From Escherichia virus LS2: 39,197 bases of DNA. A model generated the notes under the pieces. It did no database searches. It was not told where the DNA came from and was given only the letters and a program-made list of their open reading frames with translations. Position 1 is the first letter of the stretch. Every line of letters starts with the position of its first letter. The DNA is taken from the sequence record MN518894.2; one strand, 5' to 3'. Made by a program: the position numbers and the translations under genes. Shown piece by piece: positions 1-8,192 of the stretch.

Positions 1-204
1 TCTCACAGTTCAAGAACCTCAAGTCTCCCCATAGGCCCTCTTTCAGTCCAGACAAAAGGCCCTACCCCAGTCTATCATAAGGCTGGACCGATGGTCAAGA
101 CGTTAGGTCAACGATAGGTCTAGGCTATGGCTGAGGTCAGGACGATAGGTAGGGACTATGGGTCTGCCTCTGAGTCCCTAGGTGTATCAGACATTACGTC
201 ACTA

Positions 205-301
205 CCTACAGTCTAACTACCTACAGTCATTGACTCCTGCCTGCCTACCTACAGTCACCGACCATCGGTAAAGCCATTACCTACAGTCAAAGACCTACAG
301 T
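205..301. repeat. Left-end short direct-repeat array: CCTACAGT at 205, 220, 248, 280 and 294
   Basis: Exact 8-mer occurs 5 times in 97 nt and again at 39137-39144 near the right end; analogous to the short repeats beside the terminal repeat of T7-type genomes. Confidence 0.6.
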
Positions 302-553
302 TAACCGACACAAAGCTATAGACTTAAGGTCTAATACATGTTAGTCAAAGACTATATCCTCTTACACTATGGGGCCGACGATAGCTTAATCAATATTATT
401 TAAGATTACCTATTGACTACAGGTCCAGACTATGGCTTAATAGCTTCCGTCAACACGACACGGCAACAACCGGATAGTGAAGACGCCGGGTCATCCCGGT
501 TAAGTAGACAACCTGATAAGTCATACGAACAACAGGCAGATGACAGAAAGTAG

Positions 554-583
554 TTGACAAGATGTACCGACTTAAAGTAGTAT
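554..583 (+). promoter_or_regulatory. Host sigma70-type early promoter (-35 TTGACA 554-559, 18-nt spacer, -10 TAGTAT 578-583)
   Basis: Consensus -35 and near-consensus -10 upstream of the early gene block, at the position of T7 A promoters. Confidence 0.55.
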
Positions 584-721
584 GTACCACATCAACACGA
601 AACAACGGTGACGACCAACACTGAAACGGTCTACCATGAAGTCGACTGGGAAAGGGAATGCTCTTTAACAATCTGGATAAACTCTTAATGTGCGCCGATA
701 GCGACTAACTACAGGGCCTTT

Positions 722-769
722 GAGTCTACATCTGAAGGCCCTGACTGATAGTCACTAACGGAACAGAGG
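722..769 (+). promoter_or_regulatory. Early-leader hairpin (perfect 9-bp stem cagggcctt / aaggccctg) followed by 20-bp box cctgactgatagtcactaac
   Basis: Perfect inverted repeat 722-730 / 745-753; the 20-bp box at 750-769 recurs exactly at 1409-1428; candidate RNase III processing or stability element. Confidence 0.45.
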
Positions 770-776
770 GACACTG

Positions 777-1022
777 ATGAAACATCTGAGCACCATTACC
801 AACCATAACGAAGTATTCGTGAACACTAAAGGTTATGCGTGGATTCAGCTTAAAGAGACGACAGGAGCGCGTCACCGTGTGGTAGTGCGCAAGGTCTCAA
901 GCAAGCCGTTCAGCAACTACAGCGTAGATACTGTTCGTATAGACAACGAGACCTACCTGATAGACTCGCAGATAACCGTGAGTCCTACAGCGAGCGCCTC
1001 AGCTCCTTATTTCGCTAACTGA
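777..1022 (+). CDS. Early hypothetical protein (81 aa)
   Basis: ORF with GAGGG Shine-Dalgarno 6 nt upstream, first gene after the host promoter; no homolog recognised. Confidence 0.6.
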   Translation: MKHLSTITNHNEVFVNTKGYAWIQLKETTGARHRVVVRKVSSKPFSNYSVDTVRIDNETYLIDSQITVSPTASASAPYFAN

Positions 1023-1095
1023 GAGTGCTTCACTACACGTCTGTACACTCATACCGGCCTCACTCATACTCACTAACAACCTAAGAGGATTCATT

Positions 1096-1374
1096 ATGAG
1101 ACTGAACAAAGCTACAGCAGAAGCCTTTCGCAAGGAGCTTGAATCAAGATTATTGTGTGGAGTGGCGGAAGGAGCCGCTCGGTATAAAGAGAATGGTCTA
1201 ACGTTCAAGCGCTTTATGTGGGATTGCTATCACGGAGTGGGCCATAAAAAGGCGCAGGATATAATCACCAGTAACAATGCGGAAGTGCAAGTGGTGGGAG
1301 GATATATGACTAACGTGAAGGATTCACACATAGAGACCATGCTCAAGAATGCACTTAAAGATGTAGCCTACTAG
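1096..1374 (+). CDS. Early hypothetical protein (92 aa)
   Basis: ORF with AAGAGGA Shine-Dalgarno 6 nt upstream; no homolog recognised. Confidence 0.6.
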   Translation: MRLNKATAEAFRKELESRLLCGVAEGAARYKENGLTFKRFMWDCYHGVGHKKAQDIITSNNAEVQVVGGYMTNVKDSHIETMLKNALKDVAY

Positions 1375-1384
1375 TGATTAACTA

Positions 1385-1428
1385 CAGGTCGTTAGACCTG
1401 ATAGCGGGCCTGACTGATAGTCACTAAC
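1385..1428 (+). promoter_or_regulatory. Second copy of the early-leader element (6-bp stem caggtc/gacctg plus box cctgactgatagtcactaac)
   Basis: Stem 1385-1390 / 1395-1400; box 1409-1428 identical to 750-769; lies just upstream of the ocr homolog. Confidence 0.4.
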
Positions 1429-1460
1429 AAACACACACACAACTTTGAGAGGATATAACT

Positions 1461-1796
1461 ATGGAACGTAACGCTAACGCATACTATGAGCTGCTGGCTG
1501 CAACCGTTGAGGCATTTATCGAGCGTATTCAGTACGACCACCTGACTCAAGATGACGACTACAGCGATGCGCTGCACGAGGTCGTAGGCGATCAGGTCCC
1601 GCACTATTACCACGAGATTTTCACGGTGATGGCTGCTGATGGTATAGACCACGAGTTCGAAGACTCTGGGCTGATGCCTGAAACCAAGGACGTAACGCGT
1701 ATCCTCCAAGCTCGCATCTATGAGGCGCTTTATAACGATGTGTCTAATAGCTTGGATGTAGTCTGGTTTGAGGATGAAGAGGACTGCGAGCGATGA
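1461..1796 (+). CDS. ocr: Ocr-like anti-restriction protein (DNA mimic), T7 gp0.3 homolog
   Basis: 111-aa acidic protein; the stretch [43 protein letters not shown] matches T7 Ocr as I recall it; GAGAGGA Shine-Dalgarno. Confidence 0.85.
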   Translation: MERNANAYYELLAATVEAFIERIQYDHLTQDDDYSDALHEVVGDQVPHYYHEIFTVMAADGIDHEFEDSGLMPETKDVTRILQARIYEALYNDVSNSLDVVWFEDEEDCER

Positions 1797-1963
1797 TAAC
1801 TTACGGTTTATGCCAGCACCACGTCACCAACGCCCGACTTATGGTCAAGACCGGGCAGTTAAACCACGATGCGACTATGCGTCACCTGAAAGCGGTCTAC
1901 GAGGGCCGCAAGCGTATACACGACAGCTTACACGATGAGGATAACCAACAATGCACCAGATAA
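1793..1963 (+). CDS. Small early ORF (56 aa), start overlaps the ocr stop (ATGA)
   Basis: ATGA start-stop overlap typical of T7 early small genes; below the 60-aa cutoff of the ORF track; no homolog recognised. Confidence 0.35.
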   Translation: MITYGLCQHHVTNARLMVKTGQLNHDATMRHLKAVYEGRKRIHDSLHDEDNQQCTR

Positions 1964-2076
1964 CTTATAGCAGCGAACAAGCGTTCTACGATGGGTGCTA
2001 CGAGCTGATGAAGCGCGATACTTGCTACGTGGCCAATCGTGAAAGCTTGACCATAACGCTGACAGGTGGATACTGA
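1951..2076 (+). CDS. Small early ORF (41 aa)
   Basis: ATG-initiated ORF following the previous small ORF; weak support. Confidence 0.25.
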   Translation: MHQITYSSEQAFYDGCYELMKRDTCYVANRESLTITLTGGY

Positions 2077-2234
2077 GTGATAGACGAGAGGTCATCGACT
2101 GATAGGTGGCCTCAAAGATTACCACTTACATTGATAGGAGTTAACTATGAAAATGGGTTACGGGGCAGCTTATCTCCGGTCATCTTTCTGATAGCTTGGG
2201 GACTTCTGGACGCAATCAAGCGAGGGTCATTCTA

Positions 2235-2432
2235 ATGAGCTGGGTACTTCTGGGTATCTTAGGCTATGGACTTATCGCATACGTGCTGGTGAGAGACATC
2301 AACAAGGCACGTAAAGTCTATAAATTCAACTATGTACGTATGGTCCGCTGGACTGTACGTCAACCTAACGGACGATTCCTGCGCAATTTAGCGAACGTCT
2401 GGGATATAGCAACTCTTGGGAGCAAACTGTAA
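2235..2432 (+). CDS. Small membrane-anchored early protein (65 aa from ATG 2235; the ORF track extends to a TTG at 2196)
   Basis: GAGGG 8 nt upstream of ATG 2235; N-terminal hydrophobic segment SWVLLGILGYGLIAYVLV. Confidence 0.5.
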   Translation: MSWVLLGILGYGLIAYVLVRDINKARKVYKFNYVRMVRWTVRQPNGRFLRNLANVWDIATLGSKL

Positions 2433-2758
2433 TGAACAAGTCATACGGGATTAATCTGGTACACTCTATGGACGCAGAAATGAACATGTTAAGCCTACTG
2501 GCTACCGGGTATCATCACGGAACGTCAAGTCACACCGCACGTCAACAGCAGGAGCGGGACCGTGTACTACAGGCGCGACTCCGGGCAGAGGGCCATAAGT
2601 CCGAACTGATGTGTCTGGCGTATGGTGGACGACCAATCACCGACGATGGTAAACTTCTGGTATCAGGCTGGACGGCGATAGACCAACGGTCAACCATCAA
2701 GCACACGACAAAAGGTGACTTCAGTCATCTTCACGCTAACCCACTGATATGCAAGTAA
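2432..2758 (+). CDS. Early hypothetical protein (108 aa) at the position of the T7 0.7 kinase, but not a kinase
   Basis: ORF overlapping the previous stop (TAATG); no kinase motifs. Confidence 0.55.
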   Translation: MNKSYGINLVHSMDAEMNMLSLLATGYHHGTSSHTARQQQERDRVLQARLRAEGHKSELMCLAYGGRPITDDGKLLVSGWTAIDQRSTIKHTTKGDFSHLHANPLICK

Positions 2759-2763
2759 TTATG

Positions 2764-2786
2764 ACTTAACTATCACTATAGGACTC
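2764..2786 (+). promoter_or_regulatory. Phage-RNAP promoter (acttaactatcactata G gactc, +1 near 2781) immediately upstream of the RNAP gene
   Basis: Matches the 11-member promoter family in this window. Confidence 0.7.
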
Positions 2787-2855
2787 AAGGTCTAAGACTC
2801 CAAGTGAAAGACCAAAGAGACTCTAAGTGAAAGACTAATAACAAGGACTTTAAGT

Positions 2856-5537
2856 ATGAGCGTCATCTCTATTGACAAACATGACTTCTCTGATGTGTCG
2901 AACGCCATTGAGCCGTTTAACCTGCTGGCTGACCACTACGGACAAGACCTTGCAGTCAAACAGCTTCAGCTTGAGCATGAGGCATATACAGAAGGCGAGC
3001 GACGTTTCATCAAGAACCTTGAGCGGCAGACTGAGCGCGGGGAACTGGCAGACAATCAGGTCGCCAAGCCTTTGATGCAGACTCTGGTCCCTAAGATTGC
3101 GCAAGCCGTCAGGGAGTGGCACGAAGGCCTAGACGGGAAGCTGTCAACCTCGCGTCCTAGCGTAGCGTTCACCATGTTGAGCACTGAAGAGAAGGCCGTT
3201 AAGGACCGCTCTATGCGCATCTCCTGTGAGTCCGCTGCGGTTATCATACTGAAGGTCATACTCTCCAAGCTGGTCAAGCCTGAAGGGATACCGATTACAC
3301 CGATGGCCTCCGCGATAGGTCGCACACTTGAGGACGAAATCCGCTTCGGTCGCATCCGTGACAAAGAGAAGGAGCACTTCAAGAAGGCGATAGCTGATAA
3401 CCTGAACAAGCGAGCTGGGGCATCCTACAAAAAAGCCTACATGCAAGCGGTCGAGGCGTCCATGCTGGAGCAAGGCCAACTGGAAGATGCATGGGGTACT
3501 TGGAGTCCTACAGAGGCTGTACACGTTGGCATCAAGATGCTCGAGATTGTCATCCAGTCAACACAACTGGTCGAGCTTAAGCGGTACGGTGCTGGTAATG
3601 CAGCGGCTGACGTAGAGATGGTCCACCTGTCAGACTTCTGGGTCAAGAAGATGGCACAACGAGGATTCAGCCTTGCGGGTATCGCTCCAGTCTACCAGCC
3701 TTGCGTCGTTCCACCTAAGCCGTGGACTGGTGTCGTAGGTGGTGGGTACTGGGCCAAAGGTCGCAGACCGTTACCATTGATTCGCTTAGGGTCTAAGTCT
3801 GCGGTAGCACGTTATGAAGACGTATACATGCCTGAAGTCTATGACGCTGTGAACATCATTCAGAATACACCTTGGAAAGTTAACAAGAAGGTATTGGACG
3901 TGGTGAACATGGTCGAGAAGCTGAACAACACGCCTATTAATGACATCCCTCAGATGGAACCGCTGAAGCCTGAGGACTATGCTGGTGAAACCGAGGAGGA
4001 ACTCAAGGCATGGAAGAAGACTGCTGCTGGTATCTATCGCCGCGAGAAGGCCAGACAGTCACGCAGATTGTCCATGAGTTTCATCGTTCACCAGGCCAAC
4101 AAGTTCTCACAGTTTAAGGCCATCTGGTTCCCGTACAACATGGATTGGCGAGGTCGTGTCTACGCTGTCCCGATGTTCAACCCTCAGGGTAACGACATGC
4201 AGAAGGGGCTCCTGACTCTGGCAGTCGGCAAGCCTATCGGGGCGGATGGTTTCAAATGGCTTAAAGTCCACGGTGCAAACTGTGCGGGTGTCGATAAAGT
4301 CACCTTCGATGAGCGCATCAAGTGGGTGGAAGACAACCACGAAAACATCATGGCTGCTGCTAAGGCACCGATGGATAGTATTGAGTGGTGGGGCAAGTTA
4401 GACTCTCCGTTCTGTTTCCTCGCGTTCTGCTTCGAGTATGCTGGCGTAATGCACCACGGCCTGTCTTACTCCTGCTCGCTGCCGATAGCGTTCGATGGGT
4501 CCTGCTCTGGTATTCAGCACTTCAGTGCGATGCTTCGTGACCACATCGGTGGACATGCAGTAAACCTGACGCCATCCGGCATGGTACAAGACATCTACCG
4601 CATTGTGTCTGACCGCATTGAGGAGGAGCTTAAAGTCCTTCTGATTAACGGTACTGACAACGAGATGGTCACTCACGAGGATAAGAAAACTGGTGAGATT
4701 ACCGAACGTATCAAGCTGGGGACACGAGAGCTGGCCCGTCAGTGGCTGACATACGGTATGTCACGCAAGGTCACTAAGCGTTCAGTCATGACTCTGGCAT
4801 ACGGGTCGAAAGAGTACGGATTCGCAGACCAAGTTTACGAGGACATCGTGATGCCAGCGATTGACTCAGGGTCTGGCGCTATGTTCACTGAACCAAGCCA
4901 AGCGTCTCGCTTCATGGCAAAGATGATTTGGGAAGCTGTGAGTGTGACAGTAGTTGCTGCGGTTGACGCGATGAAGTGGCTTCAAGGTGCTGCCAAGCTG
5001 CTGGCTGCTGAGGTGAAGGACAAGAAGACTGGGGAAATCCTGAAGCCTTGCCTTCCGGTACACTGGGTCACACCTGATGGGTTCCCGGTCTGGCAGGAAT
5101 ACCGCAAGAAGGATACCACTCGTCTGAACCTGATGTTCTTAGGGTCCTTCAACCTTCAACCTACGGTCAACAAAGGTACGAAGAAAGAGCTGGACAAGCA
5201 CAAGCAGGAGTCAGGCATTAGCCCCAACTTCGTCCACTCACAAGATGGTAGCCACCTGCGGAAGACTGTAGTCCACACTCACAGCAAGTATGGCGTGATG
5301 TCATTCGCAGTGATTCACGATAGCTTCGGGACCATCCCTGCTGACGCTGAGTATCTGTTCCGTGGTGTCCGTGAGACGATGGTCGAGACATACCGCGATA
5401 ACGATGTGCTGCTTGACTTCTACGAGCAGTTTGAATACCAGCTTCATGAAAGCCAGCGCGACAAGTTGCCTGAGCTTCCGAAGAAAGGTAAACTGAATAT
5501 CGAAGACATCTTGTCTTCAGACTTTGCATTCGCTTAA
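2856..5537 (+). CDS. gp1: Single-subunit DNA-dependent RNA polymerase (T7 gene 1 homolog, 893 aa)
   Basis: Co-linear similarity to T7 RNAP throughout, including C-terminal ...HSQDGSHLRKTVV...IHDSFGT...FAFA. Confidence 0.97.
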   Translation: MSVISIDKHDFSDVSNAIEPFNLLADHYGQDLAVKQLQLEHEAYTEGERRFIKNLERQTERGELADNQVAKPLMQTLVPKIAQAVREWHEGLDGKLSTSRPSVAFTMLSTEEKAVKDRSMRISCESAAVIILKVILSKLVKPEGIPITPMASAIGRTLEDEIRFGRIRDKEKEHFKKAIADNLNKRAGASYKKAYMQAVEASMLEQGQLEDAWGTWSPTEAVHVGIKMLEIVIQSTQLVELKRYGAGNAAADVEMVHLSDFWVKKMAQRGFSLAGIAPVYQPCVVPPKPWTGVVGGGYWAKGRRPLPLIRLGSKSAVARYEDVYMPEVYDAVNIIQNTPWKVNKKVLDVVNMVEKLNNTPINDIPQMEPLKPEDYAGETEEELKAWKKTAAGIYRREKARQSRRLSMSFIVHQANKFSQFKAIWFPYNMDWRGRVYAVPMFNPQGNDMQKGLLTLAVGKPIGADGFKWLKVHGANCAGVDKVTFDERIKWVEDNHENIMAAAKAPMDSIEWWGKLDSPFCFLAFCFEYAGVMHHGLSYSCSLPIAFDGSCSGIQHFSAMLRDHIGGHAVNLTPSGMVQDIYRIVSDRIEEELKVLLINGTDNEMVTHEDKKTGEITERIKLGTRELARQWLTYGMSRKVTKRSVMTLAYGSKEYGFADQVYEDIVMPAIDSGSGAMFTEPSQASRFMAKMIWEAVSVTVVAAVDAMKWLQGAAKLLAAEVKDKKTGEILKPCLPVHWVTPDGFPVWQEYRKKDTTRLNLMFLGSFNLQPTVNKGTKKELDKHKQESGISPNFVHSQDGSHLRKTVVHTHSKYGVMSFAVIHDSFGTIPADAEYLFRGVRETMVETYRDNDVLLDFYEQFEYQLHESQRDKLPELPKKGKLNIEDILSSDFAFA

Positions 5538-5549
5538 CAGGAGAGAGTT

Positions 5550-5765
5550 ATGAAATTTGCACACAAGCATGCTGGAGTTAAGGGCGGGACTCAAATCGTG
5601 ACCGTAACAGAACACAACGGCAATGGTCTGGTGAAGACCACGGTCATTCCTACCGAAATGTCAAAGCAGCTTAACGTCCCATTCAAGACCCTCGTCTATC
5701 TTGTGGAATCCAGCCACGAGAAATACCTGAAAGACGCAGTGACCAAGCTGGAGCAGACCAAATGA
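5550..5765 (+). CDS. Hypothetical protein (71 aa) between RNAP and the gene 1.1 promoter
   Basis: Good Shine-Dalgarno GGAGAG; natural codon usage; a degenerate second copy lies at 5843-6151. Confidence 0.65.
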   Translation: MKFAHKHAGVKGGTQIVTVTEHNGNGLVKTTVIPTEMSKQLNVPFKTLVYLVESSHEKYLKDAVTKLEQTK

Positions 5766-5839
5766 CAGACCTACAGTTACTGGCCTTGTGGCTGGGAGCA
5801 CTCGCAGTATTCACTTTAATCCAAAGCAGAAGAGGTTAA
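5762..5839 (+). CDS. Small hydrophobic peptide ORF (25 aa, MTDLQLLALWLGALAVFTLIQSRRG)
   Basis: ATGA overlap with the upstream stop; single predicted transmembrane helix; weak support. Confidence 0.3.
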   Translation: MTDLQLLALWLGALAVFTLIQSRRG

Positions 5840-5842
5840 CCC

Positions 5843-6151
5843 GAAATTTGCACACAAGCATGCTGGAGTTAAGGGCGGGACTCAAATGAACCATCCAGTG
5901 ACCGTAACATAATCTTGAGCTGGCTAACCGGGAACACACACGGCAATGGTCCAAGATTTAGAAGGCTCTGGTGAAGACCACGGTCATTCCTACCGAAATT
6001 AAGCGGATGGTCGGCCTGAAGTTCAAGGCTCTGTTCAAGACCCTCGTCTATCTTGTGGAATTCAAGACCGGGCCAGCCACGAGAAATACCAGAAAGACGC
6101 ACTTCACCACGAGTCGAGACAAGCTGGAGCAGACCAAATGACAGACCTACA
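5843..6151 (+). pseudogene. Block-mosaic degenerate copy of 5552-5775 (gene 5550-5765 plus the first codons of the next ORF)
   Basis: Nine blocks of 6-46 nt 100% identical to the upstream gene, separated by eight replaced blocks of 2-34 nt; ATG replaced by CCG; frame broken. Confidence 0.6.
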
Positions 6152-6343
6152 CGGATGGCTCTCAGAAGGACTTTGAGTACCGACTGAGCGACATCGACGG
6201 TCGCATCCAGTATGACTACGAGCAGGTTAAAGTCTATGGACAGGAGGCCGAACGTGAGCGAGCGATTCAGGCATTCACGCAGGTAAGACCGCGCATCATC
6301 TTACCCCTTTGCCTCCCATTGCCGTTAACCGTTAAAATTCCGT

Positions 6344-6395
6344 GTCGACGTACGTACGTACGTACGTACGTACGTACGTTGCATGCATGCATGCA
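6344..6395. repeat. GTCGAC followed by (ACGT)8 (6348-6379) and (TGCA)4 (6380-6395)
   Basis: Perfect tetranucleotide periodicity; alternating purine-pyrimidine, fully self-complementary; contains SalI, BsiWI, SnaBI, SphI and NsiI recognition sequences. Confidence 0.95.
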
Positions 6396-6417
6396 CTAAA
6401 CTATCACTATAGGATTA
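6395..6417 (+). promoter_or_regulatory. Phage-RNAP promoter (+1 near 6412), phi1.1 equivalent
   Basis: cactaaactatcactata G gatta. Confidence 0.8.
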
Positions 6418-6458
6418 GACTCAAGGTCATGACTCAAAGTCGTGGCCTTCATGATTAA
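6417..6458 (+). promoter_or_regulatory. RNase III-type processing site (R1.1-like)
   Basis: agactcaaggtc...gtggccttcatgatta resembles the T7 R1.1 site as I recall it; two further copies at 13113 and 36188. Confidence 0.6.
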
Positions 6459-6497
6459 CCGGTACGACTCAGGTTCAATTACCGGAGCTGTACACCA

Positions 6498-6671
6498 ATG
6501 TATCAGAACACTATCAACTTCGAGCGAATCCGTGAACGTCAGCAGACTGAAGATTATATTCCGAAGGGACGCAAGCTGAACAAGACCAAGCGTGGTGGAG
6601 GTGTCAAGGGTGCTTTCCGTAACGCTGAAGGCAAAGACGCTCTATGGTCAACCAAGAGAAATACTTCGTAG
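6498..6671 (+). CDS. gp1.1: gp1.1-like small basic protein (57 aa)
   Basis: Contains KGRKLNKTKR as in T7 gp1.1 (from memory); below the ORF-track length cutoff. Confidence 0.65.
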   Translation: MYQNTINFERIRERQQTEDYIPKGRKLNKTKRGGGVKGAFRNAEGKDALWSTKRNTS

Positions 6672-6686
6672 GAGTGTAACAAATTC

Positions 6687-6950
6687 ATGAACCATTACGA
6701 GCTTAAAGATTTCCTTTCAAAGCAGCAAAGAGTCTTGGACTTGTGGTTGAGCACGACTGGTATGCTCCAGCGTAGACTTAAGGTAGAGCGAGTGTCCTTC
6801 AGGACAGACTACAGCAAGAACGGCTACGAGCGAGGGACCTGCTACCGAGACTTGAGTTTACTGGACTCACTGGGTCCAACAGAATACGCCGATGCCATCG
6901 GTCCGGCTTACAACGGTCTCGCTTACACAATTTGGAGGATAACACAATGA
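6687..6950 (+). CDS. Hypothetical protein (87 aa) at the gene 1.2 position
   Basis: ORF between gp1.1 and ligase; stop overlaps the ligase ATG; no clear similarity to T7 gp1.2. Confidence 0.6.
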   Translation: MNHYELKDFLSKQQRVLDLWLSTTGMLQRRLKVERVSFRTDYSKNGYERGTCYRDLSLLDSLGPTEYADAIGPAYNGLAYTIWRITQ

Positions 6951-7999
6951 CAACTATCAAAACCAACCCGCATCGCGCTGTAGATTACTCTGAGTCAGGC
7001 GTTAAGAAAGCGCTTGAAGCTGCTGGGTCGCTGGAAGCCGAAGTGAAGTATGACGGTGTGCGGTTGAATATTCCGGTGATGCGCGAAGGTGAGAACTACT
7101 GGTTAAGCCGTGAGTCAAAAACGCTTCCGGCCTTAGACTGGGTCAACAGTGAGTCAGGACATGCATGCCGTGCGGCCGACTGGCGATGGTTCCTGAAGCA
7201 AGCAGGACATGAAGTCGTCGGTCTGCTGATTGACGGAGAGGTGCTGGTCAAGGGTGTAGACTTCAACACATCCTCAGGTCTTATCCGCACCATGTGGCTG
7301 ACCCCAAGCAACTACAAGTGCGCTGAAGGCTATCCAAGACGTGGCAACAAGGTCCCATTCCAGATAGCCCGGTTACTACTAAAAGTGGTCGTCTACGGGG
7401 TCATCGACCTTAACATCATCAACGACCCGAAAGCCGAAGGTCCTATCCATAGCGTCACACGCCTGAAGGCCGAAGCTATCGTCCCTCTCCTCCAGAAATA
7501 CTTCCCGGAAATAGACTGGGTTCTGTCTGAGTCATACATCGTGTTTGAGCTTGAGGAGCTTAACTACTTGTATGAAAAGAAGAGCCGAGAGGGCCATGAG
7601 GGTCTGGTGGTTAAAGACCCACTGGGACGCTGGAAGCGTGGCAAGAAGTCAGGTATGTTCAAGATGAAACCCGAAGAGGGCACGGACGGTACGTTGTACG
7701 GCCTGATATGGGGAACAGAAGGTCTAGCCAACGAAGGTATGGTCATCGGCTTTGACGTTATGCTTGAGAACGGGATGGAAGTGAACGCGTGCGGCCTGAC
7801 CGAAGAACAGAAAGATGAATTTACCGCGAGCGTGCTGAACTGGCGCAAAGGCCTGTGCAGCAGCACCATTTATGGCAACCCGTTTGCGGGCAACCAGGTG
7901 GAAGTGCTGTTTATGGAACGCTTTCCGGATGGCAGCCTGCGCCATCCGAGCTTTAAATGCTGGCGCGGCACCGAAGATAACCCGACCGTGAAAAGCTAG
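6947..7999 (+). CDS. gp1.3: ATP-dependent DNA ligase (T7 gene 1.3 homolog); true start ATG 6947 (MTTIKTNP...), C-terminal 73 codons recoded
   Basis: GGAGGA 7 nt upstream of ATG 6947; IKTNP N-terminus and C-terminal PDGSLRHPSF...RGTEDNP match T7 ligase. Confidence 0.93.
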   Translation: MTTIKTNPHRAVDYSESGVKKALEAAGSLEAEVKYDGVRLNIPVMREGENYWLSRESKTLPALDWVNSESGHACRAADWRWFLKQAGHEVVGLLIDGEVLVKGVDFNTSSGLIRTMWLTPSNYKCAEGYPRRGNKVPFQIARLLLKVVVYGVIDLNIINDPKAEGPIHSVTRLKAEAIVPLLQKYFPEIDWVLSESYIVFELEELNYLYEKKSREGHEGLVVKDPLGRWKRGKKSGMFKMKPEEGTDGTLYGLIWGTEGLANEGMVIGFDVMLENGMEVNACGLTEEQKDEFTASVLNWRKGLCSSTIYGNPFAGNQVEVLFMERFPDGSLRHPSFKCWRGTEDNPTVKS

Positions 8000-8152
8000 C
8001 AGAACCCACGGTCCTATACCAGGGTGTGTGACTCAGGCGGTGAACCCGTAGTCACTGCCAATCTGGAGAGAAATACGTTCAATACCAGAAATCAACTGGT
8101 CGATGGCAATAAAGCGTACGTCAGCCGAGGCGGTAGCCTAAGAGATTCATTA

Positions 8153-8192
8153 TAATGTCAACCCAGTGGTCATTAATGTCAACCCAGTGGTC
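8153..8192 (+). repeat. Tandem 19-bp direct repeat taatgtcaacccagtggtc x2 (8153-8171, 8174-8192)
   Basis: Exact duplicate; second copy forms the 5-prime arm of the terminator hairpin. Confidence 0.9.

Noticed and set aside
361-374. Possible left-end phage promoter (cttacactatgggg)
   Set aside because: Only about 12 of 16 positions match the promoter family; too weak to call without experimental or comparative support.
5843-6151. Diversity-generating retroelement (template/variable repeat pair) or intron-interrupted gene
   Set aside because: Differences are block replacements, not adenine-specific substitutions. There is no reverse transcriptase, and the inserts (2-34 nt) are far too short for group I or II introns.
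8153-8192. Possible CRISPR array or other repeat-spacer structure
   Set aside because: Only two 19-bp copies with a 2-nt spacer; the left-end CCTACAGT copies are 8-mers. There are no spacers of CRISPR size and no cas genes.
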